Assembly: GCA_964035545.1 (NCBI GenBank)
Contig: OZ037772.1
Location: forward strand, 434,001 to 498,000
Direction of reading: 5' to 3'
From: Bugula neritina
Lineage: Eukaryota > Animalia > Bryozoa
Length of the DNA: 64,000 bases
Every line of letters starts with the position of its first letter. The stretch's first letter is position 1. A program made the position numbers and the translations under genes. Under the pieces are notes generated by a model. That model did no database searches. It was given only the letters and a program-made list of their open reading frames with translations, and was not told the DNA's origin. Positions 13,925 to 28,670 of this stretch are shown piece by piece.

Positions 13925-15102
13925 AGTAGAAGAACTAACTAACCTCCTCTGCTTTCCTCTCCAGCTTATCCTGCAACACATGACGCTCTTCAATCAAGGT
14001 CTCCACTCTGGAAGCCTCCTTTGATTTGATGGCGTTTTTACATTTCAGGGCTTCCAGCTGGACCTTCAGCATGCTGATCGAATGGAGGTGCTCATAACAC
14101 TGAACTTTCTAAAATTTATCATTGAAACTATTTCTTGAGCCTCAAAGAATAATACAGTCACAGTATAACTCATTATGCATTCTATAAATCAAATTACAAA
14201 CAAATCAATATCTAATAATTATGGTGACAGTCAACATCTCAAATATTTTTATTAGACTTTTATATTCTATAATATATTGTATTTATTACACTGCAATATA
14301 AAACCAAAACCCTATACTGAAATTTATACCTGCGGGCTGCGACTGAAGATCAGCCTCTTGACTTTTACACTGGTCTAGAAGGGTGTTGACTTGTGGGTCT
14401 CTTTCTTTAGCTGAGGCTACGTAATAGTTGTTCTTCCAAAGTCTACAATAAGTAACGCAAAAATACGTACCTAATTGTGTGAGGAAGTCATTGTGCAAAG
14501 AGGGCCACGTTAAATGATACTGCTATAAAGACAAACTATGCACCAACCACAGAAAGAAGTGGGTTATAAGTGAACATTTCTAGAGCACTCAAGTAAAAGC
14601 GTCTACACCTGGATTACTTTAAGAAACAGAATGACTGACTGATTTATACCTTTACAATTTCCTCATACTCATTGAGTCTCCTCTCATTCTCTGACTGTAA
14701 TTGAGTATTTTCAGTTGCAAGTTGGGTGTTCAAAGTGATCAACTCTAAAACAACACATGCTTTCTCAGACAACTAAAGGCCATAGGCTTCTATCCAACTT
14801 ACTCTGTGAGATTAGGATAAATTAGGTGAGCATTTCAACACCACAATGAGCAGTATTAGAACCATCCACTTTCGTGCAAATAGTTTCATTGAATCCATTG
14901 CTGCATGAATGTTAAACCAACACAGAACCCACACTTCAAGTCACTATATTTATTATTACAACAGAATAAGGAACAACAGTAAGTAAATATAAAAAGTATT
15001 CGTTCTCAAGTCCAAACCTTCATCTGCCATCTTGGAGTCAAAACTTTTCCTTTTCTCGTGTGGGGTAGTTGTGCCTGCATCTCCACAGGAAAAAGCAGTA
15101 TT

Positions 15103-15255
15103 AACATTACTGGCTCCACCCACATTACTGGCTCCACCCACATTACTGGCTCCACCCACATTACTGGCTCCACCCACATTACTGGCTCCACCCATCTTAC
15201 TGGCTCCACCCACCTTACTGGATTCACCCACATTACTGGCTCTACCTACATTGCT
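15103..15255 (-). repeat. Exonic 18-bp tandem repeat encoding (VGGASN)n
   Basis: CCACCCACATTACTGGCT units, in frame with the flanking exon on the minus strand. Confidence 0.8.
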
Positions 15256-16287
15256 ATCACCTGAAACAATAATTTATAATATACAACACAAAAACAATTT
15301 TTTTAAGAACTTATTGATGTTATTGATGTTGAGTTCTAGTCTGTACTTCTCCTTTAGCTGTTCATCACATCTCAACAGTACAATAGATCAATAATTTAAA
15401 ACCTAACACTATATCACTGAATAATATATAGCTTGGACATGAAACTATAACACAATAATTTTTAGCTGTGTGTGTCAAAGTTCTATGAAAGCAGCAGAAT
15501 TAATCAATCCAAAACATGAGTCTCTGTATAACTTGCTTTTCTCTTCACTTTATTGTAATGGTACAAAAACAGGACGAATATTGTAAATTGATCTCAAAAA
15601 GTTGTTAGTGTTCATTTGAAATAATAACTTTAGCCAAAAATCCTGTCAAGAAAAAAGCTTTTTCTAGTAGGTGCAACAGTACACAAGTTTTATCAGTACC
15701 AAGTTGCGCGTACACCTCTACTGAAAAAACATTTTTTCTTTAGGTAATCTGAAAACCCAACTTAGGCTATGTGGAGACAATGTTTGTTTATTTGAATTTA
15801 TGACATGGTTACTTGAGAAAGACATTCTTTCAACTTTTTAGGAGTACTTTGATAAAATTTATCTAAATTACACAAAAATTCTGCTGATTCTTATATAATG
15901 GTAAAACAACAACCTGACTGGTACTTCCTATCAGCTACAAGAGTTTGGACTTCATCAGCCATGTTGATGGCAGACTTGTGTTCTTGTAATACAGAAGGCA
16001 GTATATCAGCTCAACTAACCAATGACTTGCAGCACAGAGCAGGCTAAGACTGTAGGCGTTGTCACAGCTTTTAGTGAAATGTTCTTGATGAAAGCTTTTG
16101 GCAATAGCTTTCTGGCTGTTAACTTTTTGTTGAGTTGTCATCCTGCATCTGTGCATCTACACCATTCAGCATTCCCACTCACATTAACAATTATTTTGCA
16201 CCTTCTAATTAAAGGAAAAGGAATAGAGAAGTAAGTAGTACAGCCAACTAAGTCTGCCTCAATTCTGTCTTTACTAAAACCTGATTG

Positions 16288-16615
16288 CATACAGTGTAAG
16301 TATACTGTGTAGGTATATAGTGTAAGTATACTGTGTAGGCACACAGTGTAAGGACGTAGTGTAGGTATATAGTGTAAGTATACTGTGTAGGTATATAGTG
16401 TAGGTATACTGTGTAGGTATATTATAGTGTAGGTATACTGTGTAGGCACACAGTGTAAGGACGTAGTGTAGGTATATAGTGTAAGTATACTGTGTATGTA
16501 CACAGTGTAAGTATACAGTGTAAGTATACTGTGTAGGCACACTGTGTAGGTATATAGTGTAAGTATGTAGTGTAAGTATATACAGTAAGTATACAGTATA
16601 AGTATACAGTGTAAA
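16288..16615. repeat. Degenerate minisatellite (GTGTAAGTATACT-type)
   Basis: Seen directly; explains ORFs at 16138-16542. Confidence 0.9.
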
Positions 16616-17489
16616 TATCAGAGCAAGTAATTAAGTAGAAATATCAGTGTAGCTATCTAAGAGTTATGAATCACCTTAAAATAACTATTTGCATGTAAAA
16701 ATAAATTCAAAGTGAAGTTCACAGCCAATATATTAACTGTGACATACAATATAATTAATATTCAATATAACATAAAATATAATACTTGATATAATGTTAA
16801 ATTTGAAATTTTATATACGGTATTTATTATATAACATAATGTTTAATATATTGAAAAAGAAGAGAATAGCCTCTAGACTCCCTGACACACTTCACTTATG
16901 TAGTAATAAAGTATTCTCATATACATACTAGTTTTCATTTACATACTCACTCCATAATCTCTGAGCACAGGCTTGTCGCTCTGCATTCAGATAAGCTTTG
17001 ATCTGAACAGACAACTCTTAATCTACAGAGAAAATTTAATATTTGCGACACAGAATAATATAAAATAACCCTGCAGCATCCTGTTTTACAGAAATCTCAT
17101 GGTTTTGTATTTAGGAATGAGCAAAGTACAAATGGAGGAGTCCAAGCTACTCATTTACTTTGATATAACACATTGAATAAAACACAATAATTCTCATCAC
17201 AGATTGTAGACTAATAATTATGGTTTTCATACAAAATTAATTTGTCAGCAACTTCTTCTAGTTTGAAAAAAGCAATAGCTTTTACTAAATTTACTACTAA
17301 ACTGTTGATCTAAATACGGAATGGAAAATTCAACATCCCGTAGCAAACAAATCATAAAGAGTTACAAATGTTTTGCAGGAAAAAATTGCATTTATACTTT
17401 CAAAGTTTTCAGTCAGAAATTCAATTTGACCGAGCTAAAATTTCACCAAGTTACATTGCATCTTAAAAGAATAGTAAGTGTGATCACAG

Positions 17490-18372
17490 CTAAACTAATA
17501 TGTGTCATCACAACTAAACTAATATGAGTCACCACAACTAGAATAGTATGAGTCACCACAACTAGAATAGTACGAGTCATCACAACTAGAATAGTATGAG
17601 TCATCACAACTAGAATAGTATGAGTCATCACAACTAGACTAGTATGAATCACCACAAGTAGACTAGTATGAGTCACCACAACTAGACTAATATGTGTCAT
17701 CACAACTAAACTAATATGAGTCACCACAACTAGAATAGTATGAGTCACCACAACTAGAATAGTACGAGTCATCACAACTAGAATAGTATGAGTCATCACA
17801 ACTAGAATAGTATGAGTCACCACAACTAGACTAGTATGAGTCATCACAAGTAGAATAGTATAAGTCACCACAACTAGACTAGCATGAGTCATCACAACTA
17901 GACTAGTATGAGTCATCACAACTAGAATAGTATGAGTCATCACAACTAGACTAGTACGAGTCACCACAACTAGAATAGTATGAGTCATCACAACTAGACT
18001 AGTATGAATCACCACAATTAGATTAGTATGAGTCATCACAACTAGACTAGTATGAGTCACCACAACTGGAATAGTATGAGTCATCACAACTAGAATAGTA
18101 TGAGTCATCACAACTAGACTAGTATGAGTCACCACAACTAGAATAGTATGAGTCATCACAACTAGACAAGTATGAATCACCACAAGTAGACTAGTATGAG
18201 TCACCACAACTAGACTAGTATGAGTCACCACAACTAGACTAGTATGAGTCACCACAAGTAGAATAGTATGAGTCATCACAACTAGAATAGTATGAGTCAT
18301 CACAACTAGACTAGTATGAGTTATTACAACTAGAATAGTATGAGTCACTACAACTAGAAGAGTATGTGTCAT
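17490..18372. repeat. 24-bp minisatellite, about 36 units (TATGAGTCATCACAACTAGAATAG)
   Basis: Seen directly; starts immediately after a minus-strand splice donor at about 18379. Confidence 0.97.
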
Positions 18373-18666
18373 AGACCTACCTGCTTTTCTGCTTTTCACC
18401 AGCCGGGTGTCTCTCAGCATAGATAAAGTGGTTGATATTGTCAGGGTAGCTGCACGTTTTATTTCTGCATTTCTTGTATGCTTCTTCATCAAACGTCTTA
18501 CATGAACCAAACTCAAACACTTGGTTTACTGTAACACAATATACTAGAACATGCTAGAATATACTATACTAGGGTATACTATACCATACTAAGAACACAC
18601 TAGAATATACTAAGTAATTGTTAACATTTGGTTCACTGTAACATAATATAAAAATATATTAGTTGC

Positions 18667-18795
<129 letters not shown>

Positions 18796-19388
18796 TTGCA
18801 TAGTTTGTTAAGTCCTACTAATCAAACTGTAAATTTTTACCGGAAACAGTGTTAGAAGGTACATAGTACTTGTATATTAGGTGTTCACCTGTATATAGTA
18901 CTATATGTATATAACGTTTTGTATTTTTTTCAAACTGCTACAAATGCTCATAAAGAAACAAGTAATACAAGCCGCTAATATACTGCGTATACCAGCTTCA
19001 TGCTACTTTACCTGAGCATTCTATGCTATTGAATGTTTATTTTCTGCGATATTTCTAGCTGTTATAGCTTTGAATTTAACATTTCTATGGTGTTTGTGAT
19101 ACAAGTTTCATTTGTTAATAAAGGTGTGCATTCTTTGGCTGAAATGTGGTTTACTTAGCTAGACTGATGCTAGTGACTTCCAATATTACTATATTTATGA
19201 TGCTGCTATTCTAGTAAACTGAATGGTAAAGACGTGACTAAAGAAAAAGACAGCACGTCACAAGACCGCTGTATACAGGAGTCCTTGCCGAAGTGACTCC
19301 CCTCTCAACTACCGCATAGCATATAAACCCACAAATTACTCTACACCATCATCTTCTGTCCTACAATCTCTAATGATACCGCTAGCAA

Positions 19389-20361
<973 letters not shown>

Positions 20362-20796
20362 GGATGATACAGGGTGCACTTCGAATTATTAGACATGAAA
20401 ATCCTTATTCGATTTTAAAAAGGAAATACATAACATAGGAAATTGAAGTGTAATTTTTTTATTTAGAATGCATGGCTATATCAGTTCCTTACAGAGATTA
20501 ATGGCATAGTGTGAATAGAAGTTGAAAAATAATTTTTTTTTAACTGAAATTGTTGGAGAATTATTTATAGCAGACAAAGTAGAACAAAACCAATTGAGTT
20601 TCTATACTTTGCATAGTACAAATGTAATATAGCTTTTATTACTCAAAAAGTAAAAATGAGAAGACAATTTCAAAGTAAAAAAATATGATATATTCTGATA
20701 ACAGAGGGGGCTCTGTTTATAGGCCCTCTATGGTATCGAAATATACCAAATGCATATAAGCCCCCTATGAGCAGCCCTCTATGAAACCACATTTAG

Positions 20797-20799
<3 letters not shown>

Positions 20800-20851
<52 letters not shown>
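20800..20851. repeat. (TA)n microsatellite
   Basis: Seen directly. Confidence 0.98.
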
Positions 20852-20856
<5 letters not shown>

Positions 20857-22008
20857 GTATACGAGAAACATTGTTATTTATTACTTTATTAGGTAAAGTA
20901 GTTACACTGATATTTCGGGTACCACTGTACCCATCTTCAGAGTAGCAATGAACGAAATTCAAAAATTATTATGTTACGTTAGACGTTATGCATGACACAA
21001 AGAATAGAGAGTGACAGTTATTGTAAATTATTGAAACTTAGGGAGATAATCTTATTTTTTATATTACGCAGGTCAAAAATTATACTGATTTTTTTGCATA
21101 AAAAATAAATTAAAGTTGACAAAAAAAATAGATATCCAAATAAGAATAAGAAAGATTACATCAACAAATGTTAAAAAATACTAAATACACCAAAATTTTC
21201 AACATATGTTCCACAGATCCAACAAAAACTATTGAAAATCGAATACAATTAGAATTACGTAGTATCAAAAAAACATTTTTCTGACACTGACTACAAAAGG
21301 ATATATCCAACAGGTTCAGCACCTGGGAAATTTTACGGGATGGCCAAATTACACAAACTCAAACAAGGAGATTGTATAGAGAAGCTACAAATGCGACCAA
21401 TAATTTCTAACATAGGCACTGCATCATACCAACTTGCGAAATACCTGGCCAAAATGCTAAAACCACTTAGTGAATCTGAAAGTAATATCAAATCAACAGA
21501 TAGTTTTTTTACATATATACGGCAACTTCATATTCCAGCAAACCATCAACTGATATCATTTGATGTTGTTTCCCTCTTTACTTCTGTACCACTTGACTAC
21601 ACAATTTCAGCAATCATAAATGATATTTATGAGAAACAACAAATCCAAACAACTATACCAAAGAAGAAAATGATAAACTTACTCAACCTTTGTACAAAAC
21701 AAGTTCGCTTTACTTTCAACGGCATCATTTATACACAGACGGATGGTGTTGCTATGGGATCTCCTCTAGGACCAATAATTGCGAATACATTCATGACAAA
21801 ACTAGAACAGAAAGTAATACCAAAATTGAATTCAATGTCACCTTGGGTGAGATACATAGATGACACATTTGCAACCATAGACCCTGATTATATTAACACA
21901 ACACTCAACACACTTAATAATTTTCATCCTAACATAAAATTTACTCACGAACTAGAAACCAATAAATTACTTTCTTTTCTGGATGTTACAGTTTTGCGAC
22001 ACAATAGC
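20852..22008 (+). mobile_element. Penelope-like retroelement family A: inverted 3'-repeat (20852-21142) plus 5'-truncated RT (about 21143-22008)
   Basis: RT motifs YPTGSAPGKFYGMAKLHK, MRPIISNIG, SFDVVSLFTSVP, YTQTDGVAMGSPLGP, RYIDDTF, FHPNIKFTHE and LSFLDV. Segment 20852-21142 is the reverse complement of about 24697-24986. Confidence 0.92.
20901..20949 (-). ncRNA. Minimal type-I hammerhead ribozyme motif (PLE family A, copy 2)
   Basis: Same core and stems as 20009-20057. Confidence 0.8.
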
Positions 22009-22009
22009 T

Positions 22010-22027
22010 ATAATATATATATACATG

Positions 22028-22082
<55 letters not shown>

Positions 22083-22112
22083 GTATATATATATATATGT
22101 ATATATATATAT
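22010..22112. repeat. Imperfect (TA)n tract truncating the RT ORF
   Basis: Seen directly. Confidence 0.95.
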
Positions 22113-22289
22113 AACAGTCACATAGCAACTTACAAATAATTCTACTATTTATTATGATTATTATGACATCTGTGATGAGCAAATAAAATGTGCCTTTACA
22201 TACACATCATATTTTGTGTAAACAAGTGTTTAAATACAGTTGAACATTTGGTGTTCAAAATTTGTTTTTTTTTGTTTCAAATGTTAATA

Positions 22290-22895
22290 AAATACAAATC
22301 AAAAAATATTTTTCAATAAATAATAGTAAATTATGCTGAAGAACTAATGTGGACTTGTAGAATAAGTTCGCAAGAGAGGTAACTCCTGATTATCATGATT
22401 AAACAGTCACAATAATATTTCTCAAAGATTATAGCCTAAAGTTTATACACTATTGTGATGCAGTAGGTATTCTATAGAGTTGGTATTGATATCGCAGTAC
22501 AATTAGGTCATGAGCTTTCACCAGGCATCAAGTTTTTACCTCCACTGATGGAGTAATCATAGGTTTGTAAATAATGGCCACTGTAAAGTAGCCATATCCA
22601 AAAACTCAGTTTTCTAACCATCTCAACTGATGGACATGTGATGTGTGTGACACGAGGAGGTGTAGGAGTAATAAATGGAGACACTCTGGATACTATCAGC
22701 TCAGTGAAACACACCAACACTACATGGTGGGGGGAGATAATCCAACCTGAAGGGTTGGTGGTTGTCAGCTGGTATAACAGAGCGGAGAAAACAGCTGGTT
22801 TTAAGACAATGGCATTCCTTGGTGTTGAGTTACTCAATATATACAATGCAAATATTTTGTAGAAAGGTGTCAAATAGTTTTTGAAGCCCTCCACA
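22290..22895. repeat. Local duplicated segment of unidentified origin (22290-22560 matches 25990-26262; 22828-22893 matches 27118-27187)
   Basis: Direct sequence matches; product not recognised. Confidence 0.75.
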
Positions 22896-23224
22896 ATTTT
22901 TATTCGTAATCAATAATTAAAATAAACAAAAATGATGTTGACTTTTACAAAAATTTTAGCAGAAGAGGCAACTCCTTATAAAAATCTAACTTAATAAATA
23001 ATAGTACTATAAATACTCATAACTGTACAAAATAAGTATTGATATAATATCAAATGTAAATTGCCATATAAATAATGCTGTATATATTACACGTATATAT
23101 ACATGCATTGCATCAAAACCTATCTATGCATGCTACCAATAGTGGCCTTGCAGCTAATCAGGGTAAATAGAGCACCTTTCAAATACTCTTTATGTGGCAG
23201 AACATATATGAAAACTCTTCTTCA

Positions 23225-24368
23225 TGACATGATCGGAAGTATTTGTCCAAATATTCAAAGCTAGTTTTGGAGTTATGGCCTTATTTATCCTGTCTAGTAT
23301 TCTTTTGCTGATGATGCCTATTTCAGTTTTGCTTGAGTTTATTAGTCTGCACTTAGGTTATTCATAAAATTAGGCTTGTGGTCCTTTAGTGTTATGTATG
23401 CCTCAGTTGTGTTGGTGGTCGTGATTTTGTCTTTGATTTGTAGAGATTTGGCAATATGTTTAGCTTCTAGGTTTATTTCTTGGGGCGTGTTTTGATCAAT
23501 TTTTTTGTAATCCTTAGTGATGTTGTGCAATAGTTCTCTGTAGTTGGTAATTTCCATGTTGTAAAAATTATTATATTATATATATCAAGCTACAGTTACA
23601 ACCAAAGATGGCAGCCAACCCCAGACTTACGTGGGAACATCAGAAACAGAATTCAAAACTAAATTGTATAACCACAAATCAACTTTTAACAACAAAACAA
23701 AAAAGAACCATACTGAATTGAGCAAATATATCTGGAAACTAAAAGACAAGAACACCCATTTTGACATAACATGGAAAATTATGAAAAAGACCAACTCATA
23801 CAACAAAGTCACTAAAAGGTGCAACCTCTGCCTATGGGAAAAATATTTCATAATATACCAGCCCAGCAAATCTTCCCTTAATAACAGAAATGAGATTCTA
23901 TCCACATGCAGACATGCACGTAAGCACTACCTGGGCAACATCACATAACAATACTAACAATTCTCAACCATAGTACTACCTATTATAAATTACCCTTTTC
24001 ATCAAACATCTAGCTTTTATAGTCTAATCTTTTAGAAAAAGAGCAATTTAATTAATTAATAGATAACACCAAATCCACTACTATGTTTGCATTTCGTTTT
24101 ACGTTGTGTTTAGCATGATAATTTTCTTTATGTAAAAATTTGAATAATCGGTATGCTTCATAGATTTTATTTTATTTATTTTTAGTCTAACACCTGACGA
24201 GTGCAGTTTACTGTACGAAACTATATAGTCGTGTGAGATTTTTTAAATGAAAAAATATATATGTATCGTTAACAATCTGAACACACTACATTATATTAGC
24301 TCTGTCACCCGTGATATCGAGCGCTTTACTTGGCTGGAACTCCAACTAGATTGACAATCAGCATACAT
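23225..24368 (+). mobile_element. Penelope-like retroelement family B: inverted RT N-terminal piece (minus, about 23225-23572), GIY-YIG endonuclease (plus, about 23575-23948) and 3' repeat
   Basis: Minus: EAYITLKDHKPNF..AKTEIGIISKRILDRINK. Plus: IIYQATV..TYVGTSETEFK..LYNHK..TELSKYIW..RCNLCLWEK..CRH. Assignment to the Hydra PLE clade is inference. Confidence 0.88.
24184..24240 (+). ncRNA. Minimal type-I hammerhead ribozyme motif (PLE family B)
   Basis: ACAC-CTGACGA-GTGCAG-TTTA-CTGTAC-GAAA-CTATATAG-TC-GTGT. GUC site with cleavage predicted after 24230; palindromic stem III; stem I extendable with AGTCT/AGATT. Confidence 0.88.
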
Positions 24369-24382
24369 TATATATATTTATA

Positions 24383-24448
<66 letters not shown>
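24369..24448. repeat. (TA)n microsatellite
   Basis: Seen directly. Confidence 0.97.
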
Positions 24449-25217
<769 letters not shown>

Positions 25218-27188
25218 TTAGCTGTATCGTGAGTTTATTAAACAGCAGATAAAAAAGTGCTCAAATATTTACATGTACAATAGTGAGCCACTGAGACTAT
25301 CATAAGTTTAGCTCACAATCTAGTTTATGTTCTTGCTATGCTAATGTCATGTGGGTGGCATGCGTGTTGCCTACTTGTGATTGTTTAGCCTGAGATTATA
25401 CTATGACTAATAAGGGCTGTGTCATCTATCAACATCCCATTATACAAAGAGCACACATCAAACTATTCACTAGCCTGTCAGCTAGCAGGCCTGTATAGCT
25501 GGTAACGTATGCATCAGTATATTCTCATCGCAACGTGTCCACTGACTGTAAAAAGTTATGACATTTAAATAATACTTGTCAAGAATAAGATAAAGCTTTC
25601 TGTAGGCCTATATAGCAGAGCATATCAAATATATACATATATTTTTAGACAAGTGGATACTTTGTATGTTTATATCTTCTGCAGGAAGTAGTTAGAAATG
25701 ATCCAATCAGAGCCTTGTTGTACTGATGTGGGAAGATGACAACTCCTTATTTATAAAACACCAGTTTAGCAGCTCTTTGTGATGTGACCTATAGTATATG
25801 CGATATTATAATATAATATAATACAAATTAATATAATACAATATAATTTATGAATGACTAATAATTACAATATAATGTAATATAATATAATATAATACAA
25901 TATGATACAGTATAAAATAAAATAATATGGCATAATATAATATAACATAATATAATACAATACAATATTATATAATATAATTTATTCTTTTGTTTCAATA
26001 CAAATCAAAATTTTTTTCAACAATTGATAGTAAATTATGCTGAAGAACTAATGTGGACTTGTAGAATAAGTTCGCAAGAGAAGTAACTCCTGATTAACAT
26101 GATTAAACAGTCACAATAACATTTCTCAAAGATTATAGCCTAAAGTTCATACACTATTGTGATGCAGTAAGTATTCTATAGAGTTGGTATTGATATCGCA
26201 GTACAATTAGGTCATGAGCTTTCACCAGGCATCAAGTTTTTACCTCCACTGGTGGATTAATCTTAGGGCTGCTACAGTTTATCGAATAATTGCAAACTAT
26301 TTTGTATATACAATGCAAATTTCTTATAGAAAAGTGTCCAATTTTTGTTGAAGAAATTACTGAGATTTTTCTTTGAAATAAATGCTATATAATAAATTTA
26401 AAAATAAGATTTTAAAATTATTGTATCAGCTTTTATTCATAGTAAAATAATTAAATGTATATAACTGTATATAACTGTATATCGCTGTTGATGTTTATAA
26501 AAGAAGCGAGAGATGCAACTCCCAATAAATATTGAATCCAGAAATAATATTGAACAATAAGGACCATAAGCTAAAGAACATACAGCACTGTCAGCTTGTA
26601 ATAAATAATATAGTATAAGATTACTCAAATGAACATACTATAAAGCTACATTTACATACAAAACATATTTGTGTAAAAAAGTATTTGAATTACAGTTGAA
26701 AAAACTACTCAGTGTTAAAACAACATTTTATTGTAATTAAAGCTTTATTGTAACATATATACAAAAACTTGTTGTTAGTTACTAAAAAATTACGCTGAAA
26801 AAATAATAAAGGAAGTTAGCAGGGGAAGTAACTCCTAATAAACATAAATGTACCAAAAAAAGCAATTTGATTGAAAATTATAGTTTGACATTCACACAAC
26901 ACACCACAGCAGTAAGTAATACTCATTGCTGTATAATCAGATAATTTACTTCTGTTACAACTAAAATTTCAATTATGTTACACAATGCTGGTGCTAATTG
27001 AGCAATGTTATACAATTTCATGATATCAACGGCACCAGTGAAGTAGTCGTATCCAAATAAAACATGATAGACACTTTTCACATGTGCCTTTAGAACATTA
27101 GCGTTCTTCAGTGTTCAGTTACTCAATATATACAATGCAAATATTTTTGTAGAAAGGTGTCAAATAGTTTTTGAAGCCCTCAACAATA

Positions 27189-27632
27189 TTCTGTGAGGAT
27201 AGGGTTGTGGGGGACACGGTAAACATATCGGGACAGTCCAACAGCCTCTGCGTCAAAGTTCCTCCTTCTAGACTCAGTGAAGAATTGGCCAACCTTCTAG
27301 AAAGTTCCAACTGCTCAGACGTCACTCTGGCCATCGGACCGCGAGAGTTCAAAGTTCACAAGTCCATCCTCTCCGTCAGGTCTCTTGTCGTCAATGCTAT
27401 GTTTGAGCATGAGATAGAGAACAAACAGAATTTAGACTTTAGACAAGATGGTGGCTGACCTTCTCTCGGCAGCAGATTAGTACGCACTAGAGAAGAGTCC
27501 CTGTTTGGTAACCTCTCCATGGACAATGTGTGTGAGGTACCATGGTTCTAGCAGACCTCCACTCGGCTGAACAACTCAAAACACACGCTCTGGACTTTGT
27601 CAACAGCCACGTCACAGACGTCGTGGAAATGT
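27189..27632 (+). pseudogene. SPOP: Intronless SPOP/roadkill fragment (end of MATH, BTB, BACK), internally deleted
   Basis: FCEDRVVGDTVNISGQ..VKVPPSRLSEEL..FKVHKSILSVRS..AMFEHE, then DLLSAAD*YALE and [20 protein letters not shown]. Stops and deletions present. Confidence 0.88.
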
Positions 27633-28339
27633 GCCATGAAAAATGTGAAGAAAAGTACCCTCAACATGTAGACATTGCATTGCCAATCTGAGTTAATGTC
27701 AAAGTTTAGCTCTATTTCCTGATGATGGACTTCCTTCTTGAATATCAATTGTACTGCTATCACAAACACTAGTTACAGTAGTATAAAAAAGATCAAATGG
27801 CTGGAATTATTGAAAACAAGCTGACGAGAAAAAATACAGCATTTGGAAGTTTAAACTCAAGTAAGCAGTATAATAAGCGCCTCTACAGCTATGGAAGTAA
27901 GCATCTTGCAGCAACAAACTTGTCAAAAGTAGGAGTTATCTCCGCTCGACGAATGTTTACTTATGGTTTAGATTGGCAATGTTATTACTGCATAAACAAT
28001 ATAATATGCGGTTCTATGTGTATTGTGTAACAGTTAGCACTCAGGTTACTATTCTGTGAGACAAATTTGGGATTTGCTCCCCCAAAAGAATTGAAACTAT
28101 AATATATATGTTTTGTATAACATGTTTATCTATTTGATGGTAATATTGAAGCAAGCAAAATTACAATAACAAAATATTACAAGACATTAACCAAACCAAA
28201 ACAAAGATTATCCTAGCCATCCTTTGAAATCTTGCTGTGTAATACTAGCAAACATAAATTGATAAGTCTGACAATCGAGATAGATAAGTTATACAAATTA
28301 AATACATAAGAGAATTGCAGTTAGAACATCAATATTAAA

Positions 28340-28670
28340 ATATTTCCTTCAACGGAAATTTTTGTAGCCTTAAAATAAATTCTCCAATTCAAATATTTCT
28401 CAAATATAAAATTGTGCAGCTTCAGAAATCCAAATATTTTCTCCAATATAATTTGCGAAGACTAGAAACAAATTTCTCAATTCAAATATAAGTTTGTGCA
28501 GCTTTAAGATAAAATTTCTAATTCAAATATTTTCTTCAAATAAACTTATGCTGTTTCAAAATCAATAAATCAAATCAGCAATTTTTCTTTAAATAATTTA
28601 TGCTGCTTAAAAATTAATAGATCAATTCAAACAAAATTTCCTCAAACAAGTTTTTGCTGCTTCTAAAGAA
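28340..28670. repeat. Degenerate tandem repeat, unit about 55 bp
   Basis: Recurring TTCAAATATTT(T)CTC..TTTGTGCAGCTT. Confidence 0.6.

Noticed and set aside
17490-18372. CRISPR-like array
   Set aside because: Head-to-tail repeats with no unique spacers, no cas genes, eukaryotic context.
17443-18516. 357-aa ORF, the longest in the window
   Set aside because: Read-through of a 24-bp minisatellite that has no stop in that frame; a splice donor at about 18379 precedes the array.
27790-27960. LINE RT C-terminal remnant
   Set aside because: Only a vague AFGSL/YGS resemblance; too degenerate.
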